The notes beneath the pieces are model-generated. The model did no database searches. It was not told where the DNA came from and worked only from the letters and a program-made list of their open reading frames with translations. A program made the position numbers and the translations under genes. DNA of 45,569 bases from NCBI GenBank assembly GCA_016930515.1, contig JAFGGO010000087.1, positions 1 through 45,569 of the forward strand, given 5' to 3'. Positions 9,775 to 18,996 of this stretch are shown here, one piece after another. Source of the DNA: Promethearchaeota archaeon. GTDB lineage: Archaea > Asgardarchaeota > Lokiarchaeia > Sigyniarchaeales > SOKP01. How positions within the stretch are numbered: position 1 is the first letter of the stretch; each line of letters opens with the position of its first letter.

Positions 9775-10476
9775 TTGGTGGTAAAAATTCCTGAAATAAA
9801 GGATCCAATCATAAAAGCGTGCAACGAAGCCTTATATTACCCTTCAGATGATTCGTACCTTTTAATAGACTATTTTTACTCACATACAACACCAGAATCT
9901 TTTGATGGTATTAAATTAGAGTTCATTAACAATATTTTAGATATGGGGACTGGGACTGGAATTATTGCTCTTTCTTTTTTATATCTTAAGCAGGAATATC
10001 AAAACCTTAATCCCCATATTTATGCCTCAGATGTTCTCGAATCTGCCATAAAATGTGCTAGAATTAACGAAAAGGCTAACAATTTTCAAGAAGAAATAAC
10101 ATTTATTTTATCAGATCTCTTTTCAAATTTTCCCTCTTCATTGAAAAATAGTTTCGATGTAATTGTATTTAATCCTCCTTACCTGCCCTCTTCGGATTTA
10201 TTGAACGAAACGAAAAAAAACGATAAAGATCTATGTTGGGATGGTGGAAATACGGGTATAGAAATTCTAGGTGACTTTATCACACAATTAAAGGATTTTT
10301 TGCATCAGGAATCGTCCAAAAATGCAAGATCGTATTTTATTAGTTCAAGCAGGACTGATTCGAATAAAATTGACAAGATAGTTGAAAAAAACGAATTAAA
10401 ACGAGAAATACTCTGTAAAAAAAGATTTTTCTTCGAGGATTTATTTTTAAATCGGCTCGAAATGTTCTCAATTTAA
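9775..10476 (+). CDS. HemK2/MTQ2-family (release factor glutamine) methyltransferase
   Basis: YYPSDDSYLL, LDMGTGTG, FNPPY, WDGG; follows ksgA. Confidence 0.9.
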   Translation: MVVKIPEIKDPIIKACNEALYYPSDDSYLLIDYFYSHTTPESFDGIKLEFINNILDMGTGTGIIALSFLYLKQEYQNLNPHIYASDVLESAIKCARINEKANNFQEEITFILSDLFSNFPSSLKNSFDVIVFNPPYLPSSDLLNETKKNDKDLCWDGGNTGIEILGDFITQLKDFLHQESSKNARSYFISSSRTDSNKIDKIVEKNELKREILCKKRFFFEDLFLNRLEMFSI

Positions 10477-11777
10477 AAAGGTCTTCGGTTTCTTCTCTTT
10501 TCTTTTAGCTCAAATCCATTCTTACCTAACTGACGCGAAAGATTATTCATTAATAAATTGATCTCGGAAGGCTTAAATACAGCCCTTCGATGGGCTTCGA
10601 TCTGAGGTATGGGGAGGCCATAATGATCGTTCAGACTCGCAATTGGAAGTAATATTGAGGAAATTAAATCTGCTTTTCTCGAAGCGTCTCCAAAATTTGT
10701 ATTTTCGTCAACAAAAAATTCAATTCTCGAAGGAGTATCGTTTTTTGCTGATTTTAAATAAAAAGCGTAAAAATCTAATGGAAAATAATAGGGAATTTCC
10801 TTTTTGATCCCTTCTTCGCGTATTTTATCCATTTCTCGCTTGCAATTGAATATGCAACTTCTTTCTGATTGATTAAGAATCCTATTAAACAAATCTATAT
10901 CTGAAAAGTAAGTCATTACTTGTCGATAATTCCCTCGAGTGAAATCTTCTAAGTTTGAATAGCTGGGTTTTAACAATTGGATTCCATCTCTCAAAAGGTT
11001 AGTTAAGGCAGAAGTTCTGGTATCCTTGATCGATCCTATTAAAAGAATTCCTTGATTTTGACAATTTGAATATAAACGAAGAAATTCTTTCAATAATGCA
11101 TCGTATTTCAGAGATATTTCGGGATCTTTTGAGAATATCAAATTAATTGGCATTACCAGTATCGTACCGTCGATGACTATTATATCTATTTCGTGGTCCT
11201 TTCTAATCATTTCGTTGAGCAAGTTAACTTCCATTCTCCTCATTTCCATCGATGTTTTTGCATCAATTGCTGTATCATCTTCGTGAAGGAAATTTCCTTG
11301 GACTCTATAGTTATTGTAACCGCTTAGATCGGGGTAATATTCGATGCTCGCTGTTGTGTTTTTATAAAAGTGGTATTTAACGGCAATTGTTTTTAAAAAA
11401 GAAAAATCCATGTTCATGTATTTTTTTACAACAGAACTTCCATCTACAGATACCAAATTTAGTCCGCTTATATTAGATGCATTCACTTTTTTTTTTAAGA
11501 AGTTTTCCTTGATATAGAAAGTTGGAAAACTCATAAAATCGCTAAAATCAAGATAATCTTCATTTTTAATCATTATCTTAGCGAATTCATCTTTAATTTT
11601 TTCAAGTTCTATTACTTCTTGAGCGATGAGTTTTAAATCCGTAAATAATACTTGTTCTTTAGTGTGTCCCTCTACTATAGTATCCGAGAGATCGTGAATA
11701 AGACTTGTATTATCTTGTGAATTATCTTTCAAGCTGTTTCCTTTTATCATTGAATTAGGATCGTTAGGCGTTGCCAA
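10473..11777 (-). CDS. nurA: DNA double-strand break repair nuclease NurA
   Basis: VSVDGS, IVIDG, GSIKD, RIEF, YGLP.PQIEAH...V motifs. Confidence 0.85.
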   Translation of the reverse strand: MATPNDPNSMIKGNSLKDNSQDNTSLIHDLSDTIVEGHTKEQVLFTDLKLIAQEVIELEKIKDEFAKIMIKNEDYLDFSDFMSFPTFYIKENFLKKKVNASNISGLNLVSVDGSSVVKKYMNMDFSFLKTIAVKYHFYKNTTASIEYYPDLSGYNNYRVQGNFLHEDDTAIDAKTSMEMRRMEVNLLNEMIRKDHEIDIIVIDGTILVMPINLIFSKDPEISLKYDALLKEFLRLYSNCQNQGILLIGSIKDTRTSALTNLLRDGIQLLKPSYSNLEDFTRGNYRQVMTYFSDIDLFNRILNQSERSCIFNCKREMDKIREEGIKKEIPYYFPLDFYAFYLKSAKNDTPSRIEFFVDENTNFGDASRKADLISSILLPIASLNDHYGLPIPQIEAHRRAVFKPSEINLLMNNLSRQLGKNGFELKEKRRNRRPF

Positions 11778-12013
11778 ATAATAATTACGAGTGATAAAAT
11801 TTACTAATTTACTGAAAATATTATTTTCGTGAAATTAAATAACAAACCTTACAACAATCTCTTAATTAATAAAAATGCTTATTTTTGCATTTTTATCACT
11901 TAATAGTTAATATTTAAATCCTTGTAGCCTATATGATAGTTAAATTTGTTTTGTACTAGTTGAAGCAAAGTTAAAATTATTCTCCATACATTAAAAAACG
12001 GAAGTGGAGCACG

Positions 12014-12547
12014 ATTAATTACGATTACACATTTAAAGTAATGATGCTTGGAGATGCCTCTGTAGGGAAGACCTCCTTGACGGTTAGATATATTTCAGGT
12101 ACTTTCATGGAAGACCTAAAGCTAACTATAGGAGTTGATTTTTATTCAAAAGTTTTCCAATATATGGGAAAAAATGTAAAGTTTCAAGTATGGGATTTCG
12201 GGGGAGAAAAGCGGTTTCGGTTTTTATTATCCCAGTACTGCAAGGGTGCTAACGGTGCTTTCTTTCTCTACGATACGACCAATAAAACAACTCTAGAACA
12301 TTTATCTGAATGGACACAAATCGTAAGAGAACACGCTGGCAAAATTCCGATTGTTTTAATCGGATCGAAATGCGACCTTGAGGCATATAAAGTAGTTCAA
12401 GAAGAAGAGGGAAGAACCAACGCACAAAAATATAACTTATCTGGTTTTATCGAACTCTCTTCAAAAACGGGAAAAAATGTAACCGAGGCGTTTGACCAAA
12501 TGACGGTTTTACTCTTTAAAACTTACGCTCCAGAAGTTTTTAAGTAA
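12014..12547 (+). CDS. Rab-like small GTPase (probable ATT start at 12014; first ATG at 12041)
   Basis: GDASVGKT, TIGVDF, WDFGG, SKCD, SSK; in-frame upstream INYDYTFKV matches the Rab YDYxFK beta-1 strand. Confidence 0.9.
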   Translation: MNYDYTFKVMMLGDASVGKTSLTVRYISGTFMEDLKLTIGVDFYSKVFQYMGKNVKFQVWDFGGEKRFRFLLSQYCKGANGAFFLYDTTNKTTLEHLSEWTQIVREHAGKIPIVLIGSKCDLEAYKVVQEEEGRTNAQKYNLSGFIELSSKTGKNVTEAFDQMTVLLFKTYAPEVFK

Positions 12548-12593
12548 TCTTTAATTATAATATGTAGTTTAATACACGGTTTTATGCACTCAA

Positions 12594-14006
12594 ATGTCAG
12601 ATTTAGAGAAATTATTCAATCCAAGAGCAATTGGTATCGTTGGAGTTAATGACAAGCAATACGGGGGCGGTTATTTTTTAGATACATTGCAAAAAGGAGG
12701 ATATAAACGCCCTATCTATATATTCAACCCTCGCTTAAAGGGATCGATGCTCCTTGGTGTTGAAGTTTTAGGATCAATCATAGAAGTACCTGATACCGAA
12801 CCAATTGATTATGTTATATTAGCAGTTCCTGCTGAGCAATGCCCTACACTCTTAGAAGAGATTGGACAAAAAAAAGTACCATTTGTTACTGTTTTTACAT
12901 CGGGTTTTTCTGAAATTGGGAATGTTGATTTAGAAGTACAATTACTCGATATCGCAAGAAAATATAACATCAGATTAATTGGTCCAAATTGCATGGGTAT
13001 ATTCGTGCTCAAGAGTAAGGTTTCCATTTCGCCGTTCAATTTTCCTGGATGCGGAGATATCGGGATGATATTTCAATCGGGAGGACAATCTGTTTTTTCC
13101 GCTTTGCGTGCTCAATCAATATTCGGCGCACCCTTTAGCAAGGTAATCTCTATTGGAAACCAAATTGACCTTAACTTTGTCGATTTTCTCAAATATTTTT
13201 TAAAAGACGACGAAACAAACATCATTGGCTTATATGTTGAAAATTTAAAAAGTAAGGAAATTGGGCGAGAATTTTTTCAAATCGTGAAAAAATTATCACT
13301 TTCTAACAAACCAGTCATCATATGGAAAGTTGGTTATGGTGGGTCAGCTCAAGAAGCCATACTGTCCCACACGGGGGGTCTTGCGGGATCCATGAAGATA
13401 TGGAAAGCAATTGCGAAACAAACCGGAGCATTTCTTGTGAAAAGTTCTAGCGAATTGGTTAATCTTGCGATGAGCTTTAGCCATCTTAAAAATTTTTCGA
13501 TTAATAGAAATATGGGCGTAACTGGGATGGGTGGTGGTGTCTCAATCGAGGTTACTGACCTATTTGAACGTTACGGCTTGAAAATACCAAAAATAGAACC
13601 CAAGACGGTTGAAAAATTTAAAACATTTCTTCCTGAGGTAAACACTATCTTTAGAAATCCTCTAGATTTAGGCGGAGCGGGAGCCATTCCATCTGTGTTC
13701 TACAAAACGCTTATTACCTTAGATTCCGATCCAAATGTTTCGGCAGTAGTATTCATAAAAACATACGATTTTAACGAGGAATTTCTTCAAGCTGTTATAA
13801 GGGCGCGAGAAGAAATGAAGAAACCTTTAATCTGCGTATCCGAAAAAATTTACGATGATATGGAAGATCATGTTAATAAATTAAAATTCAAGCAGGAAAT
13901 GTTCAAAAGACAGGTTCCGATTTTCGAATCAGCTGAAGAGGCTGCAAGATCACTTCGTGCAATATGTGAATATAATGAATTCTTGATAAAGACAAGTTCT
14001 TTATAA
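12594..14006 (+). CDS. NDP-forming acyl-CoA synthetase alpha-type subunit (CoA-binding protein)
   Basis: LFNPRAIGIVG, IGPNCMG, FQSGG, SIGNQIDL, SHTG (phospho-His), NPLD. Confidence 0.9.
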   Translation: MSDLEKLFNPRAIGIVGVNDKQYGGGYFLDTLQKGGYKRPIYIFNPRLKGSMLLGVEVLGSIIEVPDTEPIDYVILAVPAEQCPTLLEEIGQKKVPFVTVFTSGFSEIGNVDLEVQLLDIARKYNIRLIGPNCMGIFVLKSKVSISPFNFPGCGDIGMIFQSGGQSVFSALRAQSIFGAPFSKVISIGNQIDLNFVDFLKYFLKDDETNIIGLYVENLKSKEIGREFFQIVKKLSLSNKPVIIWKVGYGGSAQEAILSHTGGLAGSMKIWKAIAKQTGAFLVKSSSELVNLAMSFSHLKNFSINRNMGVTGMGGGVSIEVTDLFERYGLKIPKIEPKTVEKFKTFLPEVNTIFRNPLDLGGAGAIPSVFYKTLITLDSDPNVSAVVFIKTYDFNEEFLQAVIRAREEMKKPLICVSEKIYDDMEDHVNKLKFKQEMFKRQVPIFESAEEAARSLRAICEYNEFLIKTSSL

Positions 14007-14216
14007 TTAGGACGATCATTTATTTTAAATTTCATTCCTAAGTTCTTAGAAAATAAGTGTATGGACATTCCTAAGATGACACACTATTTCTCTTTAAAAA
14101 TATTTATTTACAAAAGGCATTTGATTTCAAATTTATTCAAATATGCATGTGTGATTTAAGAGATAATAAAAAAAAAGTAAAATAAGGAAATTAATAATAA
14201 TGCAATTTAGACTGGT

Positions 14217-14423
14217 TTAAATCATTCCAATTGCGATTTTCATGTCGCCTTGAGTGACTTTCTTTCTACCAGCGTGTTTCGCAATGTCAAGAGCGCATGC
14301 AGTTAGACTTTTGGCATATTCCTCCAAATAGTCCATTAACTTGTCAACTGCGGCTCGACTTACGATCTCAGCGCCAGATTTCTTCATTAAAGCTCTCAAG
14401 GGACTCCAAGCAAAAGCTGCCAT
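14217..14423 (-). CDS. Archaeal histone (HMf-type fold)
   Basis: PLRALMKKSGAEIVSRAAV...AKHAGRKKVTQGD; GGAGG spacing favours the ATG at 14423 over the one at 14432. Confidence 0.92.
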   Translation of the reverse strand: MAAFAWSPLRALMKKSGAEIVSRAAVDKLMDYLEEYAKSLTACALDIAKHAGRKKVTQGDMKIAIGMI

Positions 14424-14841
14424 ATTTTTCATTCCTCCACATGTTTGTTAATAATACTTTTAGTATCGTTCTTAGCATAAACCTTTGATAATAAAAGTAT
14501 TTATTAAGATTAAATTAGTTTTACTTGTATTTAAATGTACTGTTTGAAGTGGGGTGATCGACCCATATTGGATTGAGATAATGCGCGAGTTTCGACCGAC
14601 AAAAAAAATCATCAAAAAAAAGTTAAAAATTTTTTACTACCCATATCGGATCGATATAACTAGTGAAATATATTATTAGAATTAAGCGATAATGATCTCA
14701 TTTAATATTAATGTCTAGTTAAAGCATAAAGAAACAGAACAATAATCCAATATATCTCTTTTGAAATAAAAGGTTTAGGAATTTGAGTAATATTCCTCGT
14801 GTCTAAAAGCTATGAATAATTGCAATTTATTAAATTGATTA

Positions 14842-15202
14842 CTATTGAAAATTATGACTTAGAATATCAAAAAATAAGATGAACTTCTCCTCCAAAGAAA
14901 TGGCGAAAAGACTGTTAAAGAATTCTGCTCCTTTATAAAGATCTTTTACACGATTTTGTGGGTATTTTAAAAAGAATGTCGTCGACCTTAATTTTTTCGC
15001 ACGGTTCCAATTTGTCGAATATTATATCCTCGAAAGTCTCCAATTTTTTAAGTTGAGTCTTTTGCATGTTGAAGTGAGTATATATTATCTATTGATCTTT
15101 GATTTGTCTTCCAACTATATAAAGGTATGGGAATAAACGGAAACCTTAAATATCATGTTTAAGAACAGCTGATAGATTTTCGGATATTCTAATACCACCC
15201 AT
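14842..15202 (-). pseudogene. Possible decayed gene remnant of unknown family
   Basis: Manual translation MGGIRISENLSAVLKHDI*GFRLFPYLYIVGRQIKDQ*IIYTHFNMQKTQLKKLETFEDIIFDKLEPCEKIKVDDILF, then a frameshift to KYPQNRVKDLYKGAEFFNSLFAISLEEKFILFFDILSHNFQ*. Confidence 0.3.
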
Positions 15203-15305
15203 TAAAAAAACCAACACATAAATATAGATAAAAAAATATGAATAATCGACTCTCTTACATGTCTTTATTGAACACAAAGATGTTCCAAAAAGAATAGCAA
15301 ATAGA

Positions 15306-16739
15306 TTATATATTTCGCTTTTTACCGTAGTTATATAGCGCTATAAATGCCTGTGCTGCTCTTTTCATGCTTGGAAACACAATAAAACCGTCATTTACTA
15401 AGTTCTGATAAAATCTTGTTCTATTTTCGCTAGGATATTCTGGTAAAGTTATAATGAGAATTTTACCTAACTTTTCGATGTGTTTTTTGATTTTTAAGAT
15501 GTTTTCGTAATACCATTGAAATTCAGGATCTTGAATGTTTCTCCACGAGTCGCTTTCAATGATCACGAGGTCGATTTCGTCCGTGATCGCCGCTTTTGCG
15601 ATGTTCCTATATGCATCCGTGTAAACCATCCAGGGAAGGTCCAAGGGATTATTGAGGCTTCCCACCTTAAGTTGATGTATGTCTTGTAGTTTTTTGAGGG
15701 TTTCGCCTTCGAAATATGGTAAATCCAGTCCAGATTGAGTAATGATATCTGCAGCCAATATTCCAAAACCTCCCGACCATACAATCACGAGCACGCTTTT
15801 CCCTCGAGGGTAAATCTTGTCATTCTCTCTATTTTTAATTAATTCGTGAAACAAGTAAGTATAATCAATCATATCATCAAGCGAGGGTGGAACATCAATG
15901 GTAGGTGTCTGTTTGAAGATTGCATCCCAAATCTTGTGATCCGATACAATAGCTCCAGTATGCGTGACCGCAGCAATCTGCGAACGTTTCGTTCGACCTC
16001 CTTTCATAAATAGAACGGGCTTTTTCATGGCTTTTAAAACATGATATAATCTACGCCCCTCACGAGGGTGTAATTTGGTAAATCCTTCCAAATATACACA
16101 TATAACTTTTGTTTGAGCGTCATCGTTTAAATATTTTAAAAAATCAGATATTTGAAGGTCAAGACAATTTCCCACGCTCGCCCCTTTTGAAAACTTAAGA
16201 TCGTGTCGAGCCTCCCCAAATACAATTGTTTTTGTGTGCAAATCTCCCGATTGATATATTAAACCAATGGGTCCCGATTTGTTAGGAAAGTTAGGATTGT
16301 ACGAAACGCCCCCAGAAGGGCAATACACGCCCATACAGTTTGGGCCGAGAACTCTCGCTCCATTGCCTTCTTTTTTTATCAGATTCTTTATTTCTCTTTC
16401 AAGGTTTTCTCCAGCTTCACCTGTTTCGCCCATTCCGGCAGTAAAAATGTGAAAAAACTTAACCTTTTTTTTTGATAATATGTATTTTAGCTTTTCCACG
16501 AGTTCTTCTGTTCTTATAGCAACTATCACCAAATCGAGCTCGTTTAATGGTATGTCGTCAATAGTTTTGTAGCATTTCTGACCAAACAGTTCATCCTTTT
16601 TAGAAGTAACTAAATAAAGGTTTTCGAGATTATAGTTTTGACTCACGAGACCCGTAATGAAAAACTTGAATCTGTTACTTGCGTAGACTATTGCAACACT
16701 TCTGGGATAAAATAGAGGATCTAAAGAGTTATCGGTCAT
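15306..16739 (-). CDS. NDP-forming acyl-CoA synthetase alpha-type subunit (second paralog)
   Basis: LFYPRSVAIV, LGPNCMG, YQSG, SVGNCLDL, THTG, SGGFG, NPLD. Confidence 0.9.
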   Translation of the reverse strand: MTDNSLDPLFYPRSVAIVYASNRFKFFITGLVSQNYNLENLYLVTSKKDELFGQKCYKTIDDIPLNELDLVIVAIRTEELVEKLKYILSKKKVKFFHIFTAGMGETGEAGENLEREIKNLIKKEGNGARVLGPNCMGVYCPSGGVSYNPNFPNKSGPIGLIYQSGDLHTKTIVFGEARHDLKFSKGASVGNCLDLQISDFLKYLNDDAQTKVICVYLEGFTKLHPREGRRLYHVLKAMKKPVLFMKGGRTKRSQIAAVTHTGAIVSDHKIWDAIFKQTPTIDVPPSLDDMIDYTYLFHELIKNRENDKIYPRGKSVLVIVWSGGFGILAADIITQSGLDLPYFEGETLKKLQDIHQLKVGSLNNPLDLPWMVYTDAYRNIAKAAITDEIDLVIIESDSWRNIQDPEFQWYYENILKIKKHIEKLGKILIITLPEYPSENRTRFYQNLVNDGFIVFPSMKRAAQAFIALYNYGKKRNI

Positions 16740-17248
16740 GACACGTGAAAGGTTTATGTATAAAACTACTAAAGGAAATGTAACAAACCTTAAGTTATTA
16801 TCGATAATTCATAATTTTCCAGATTTGTCGTACTTTCTAATTACAAGCAAAACAAATTGAAGTAGAAAAGATGAGAAATAAGGTCATTTAACTTAAGGAT
16901 AATTTTCTACGCAAAATAGAAATTTTACGATATAGTTGAATTAAACGAAATCTCAATTGAAATGAGTTTTTAATTAATAACTAATTCAAAAAAAAGATTT
17001 AACAAAATGGTAAAAATCAATAGAAAAAAGACGCAAATAATTATTTTAGAGATCATTACGGCAGCTAAGAATTAAAAATAATAACATAAACCACGAAAAT
17101 AATTGATTTTATTGAGGTTATTACTCAATTTGAATTACTAAATCCACTTTCTTCTTCTGATTTAGATTTTTTTTATGTTTCAACTTCTAGTTATCGTAAT
17201 GTAATAATTTTTATATTCAATCCCGTTGTTAATAATAAAACTCACGAT

Positions 17249-17809
17249 GTGATGTTGATGGAAAAAAAAGTGAGAGGTGGCCTTCTCAAGGCAACCGTAA
17301 AGGCTATTAGGGCTAATAAGACGGGAGTTTACGACAGCTTGATAAATGATGACGACAAAAAAATAGTCCGCCAACAAATCCTCGAATCGGCTTGGTATCC
17401 ATTTGACACTTACAAGCGTTTACTTAACACCGTTGCAAAAATAATTGCGAACGATGATGTTAAAATAGTTGAAAAATGGGGCTATTCCGATGGAAGAAAA
17501 AATGTCACTAGAATACATAAAGGACGTTCCCAAAAAATTACTCAACGGCTCGCCATGAAGGCGTACAACTCGTTATTCAAATTATGGTTTAATTTTGGCG
17601 ATCAAAAAGCAGACCTTGTTTCCGAGAACGAGATGCATTTGGTATTAGATGGATTCGATCCCGATTTCAAGTTCTTTTATTACTTGGCAAAAGGTTGGAT
17701 GACTTCTTATTTTGAAAATTACTTCAATGCTAATATCTCTGCGACCTTTCTGAAGAAGTCTTGGGAAGGTGCTGATAAAACAGTGATCGGCTTGAAATGG
17801 AGCTCTTAA
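17249..17809 (+). CDS. Hypothetical protein, V4R/HNOB-like (DUF2378-like) small-molecule-binding fold
   Basis: KVRG, IL.SAWYPF, WG..DG, LWFNFG, GW pattern; fold assignment tentative. Confidence 0.5.
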   Translation: MMLMEKKVRGGLLKATVKAIRANKTGVYDSLINDDDKKIVRQQILESAWYPFDTYKRLLNTVAKIIANDDVKIVEKWGYSDGRKNVTRIHKGRSQKITQRLAMKAYNSLFKLWFNFGDQKADLVSENEMHLVLDGFDPDFKFFYYLAKGWMTSYFENYFNANISATFLKKSWEGADKTVIGLKWSS

Positions 17810-18012
17810 ATTTTGTTTTTTTGGTAATTTTTTCTTCCTAGAGGAGAATTAATGAGCATTTCTTATTCTTTAAAAGTTATCTTCTATTAAACAAAAATTA
17901 TTCAAGAATTAAAGAATATAGAATTAACAAGAAAAAAACAATCTCAGATCGAAATTCATACCTATTTATTAGCTTATTTTTAGGCAGTGTCCAATTGTCA
18001 AATATATCGATA

Positions 18013-18603
18013 TTATAATCCTTTTTTTCCAACTATTTTTTCTAAACAATTATAACAATACAAGGGTAGGGATTTGAACTCCGTTCCACAATGGGGGCAT
18101 CTATAGGTTTCCTTGAAATCGATCTTTTGAAGATCTTTTATTTGGTCTTCCTTTGATTTGAAAAATCGCTTGGTTATTTGGGGGAAGCAAGCGGACAGGA
18201 TTGAAATATAAACGCCAAGAAAAGCCGTCTTTGTAATTAGCTCTTGAGAGCGCCCGGAGTAATATAGAGGTGAATATCGGGAGAGAAACACGTAAAAGAA
18301 AAAGTTAAGCAGAATAAATAATGTCAAGACGGAGAAAAGTGCCTTTCTCGAATTTTGAAACGCAAACACGGGAATTAACAAAGCAATCGTCCAGATAAAA
18401 TACACGAAAATTAATTCTTCGGTTCCTTCAAAGAGGAAATAATTGGCTAAAAATTGAATTGCGAATTGTTGGACCGGATGGATGCCTCCGTCGAACTGAA
18501 TGGTAAAAAAGCGTCCAAAACCATAAATAAATCCGCTCAATAGGGCGAATTGACAAAGTAAGATCACAATCTTGCTTTGTGTTATCTTTCGCAAGTCGGT
18601 CAT
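18013..18603 (-). CDS. Membrane protein (~4 TM) with C-terminal zinc ribbon
   Basis: Hydrophobic segments; CPHCG...YCYNC at the C-terminus. Confidence 0.75.
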   Translation of the reverse strand: MTDLRKITQSKIVILLCQFALLSGFIYGFGRFFTIQFDGGIHPVQQFAIQFLANYFLFEGTEELIFVYFIWTIALLIPVFAFQNSRKALFSVLTLFILLNFFFYVFLSRYSPLYYSGRSQELITKTAFLGVYISILSACFPQITKRFFKSKEDQIKDLQKIDFKETYRCPHCGTEFKSLPLYCYNCLEKIVGKKGL

Positions 18604-18797
18604 ATGAGCTAGATAATATTTAAAAGATTAAATAAATAGTAGTATTTTTATCATAGAACAGTAATGACATGTATCTTTTTTTTAAATGTCATTTATCTTG
18701 AACAAACAAGAAGAAAAAAACCGGATCTAACCAGGGATAATTTAAATAGATTCAGTAAAAAAAATAATTTAATATATTTGCATGATATTTATTAACA

Positions 18798-18877
18798 TGC
18801 ATCTGGGAGGATTTGAACCTCCGTTGGCGTCTTATCGATGAAAATGCGCCGTGCTGACCAAGCTCCACTACAGATGC
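18798..18877 (-). tRNA. tRNA-like RNA with non-canonical anticodon arm (identity unassignable)
   Basis: Minus strand: acceptor GCATCTG/CAGATGC+A, TA, D arm GTG-GAGCTTGGTCAG-CAC, T arm GGAGG-TTCAAAT-CCTCC. The 28-nt middle is ~5 nt too long. TTAAATA box ~30 nt upstream. Confidence 0.75.
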
Positions 18878-18996
18878 AGTGATTATGTGAAATAATGAAA
18901 ATACGTATTTAATTCTAATAGGTGATTATTAATTTTAATACGAAGGATTTATTAAAATTCGTGTTTTGCGAGGAATTTTTTAAAAAGGAATTAACC

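Noticed and set aside
16740-17248. Replication origin in the AT-rich intergenic region
   Set aside because: No ORB-like repeats or cdc6/orc1 neighbour; consistent with a divergent promoter region.
18798-18877. tRNA-Sec or suppressor tRNA explaining the in-frame stops
   Set aside because: A TCA triplet is present but not centred in a paired loop; there is no long variable arm or extended acceptor stem; the observed stops are TAA/TAG.
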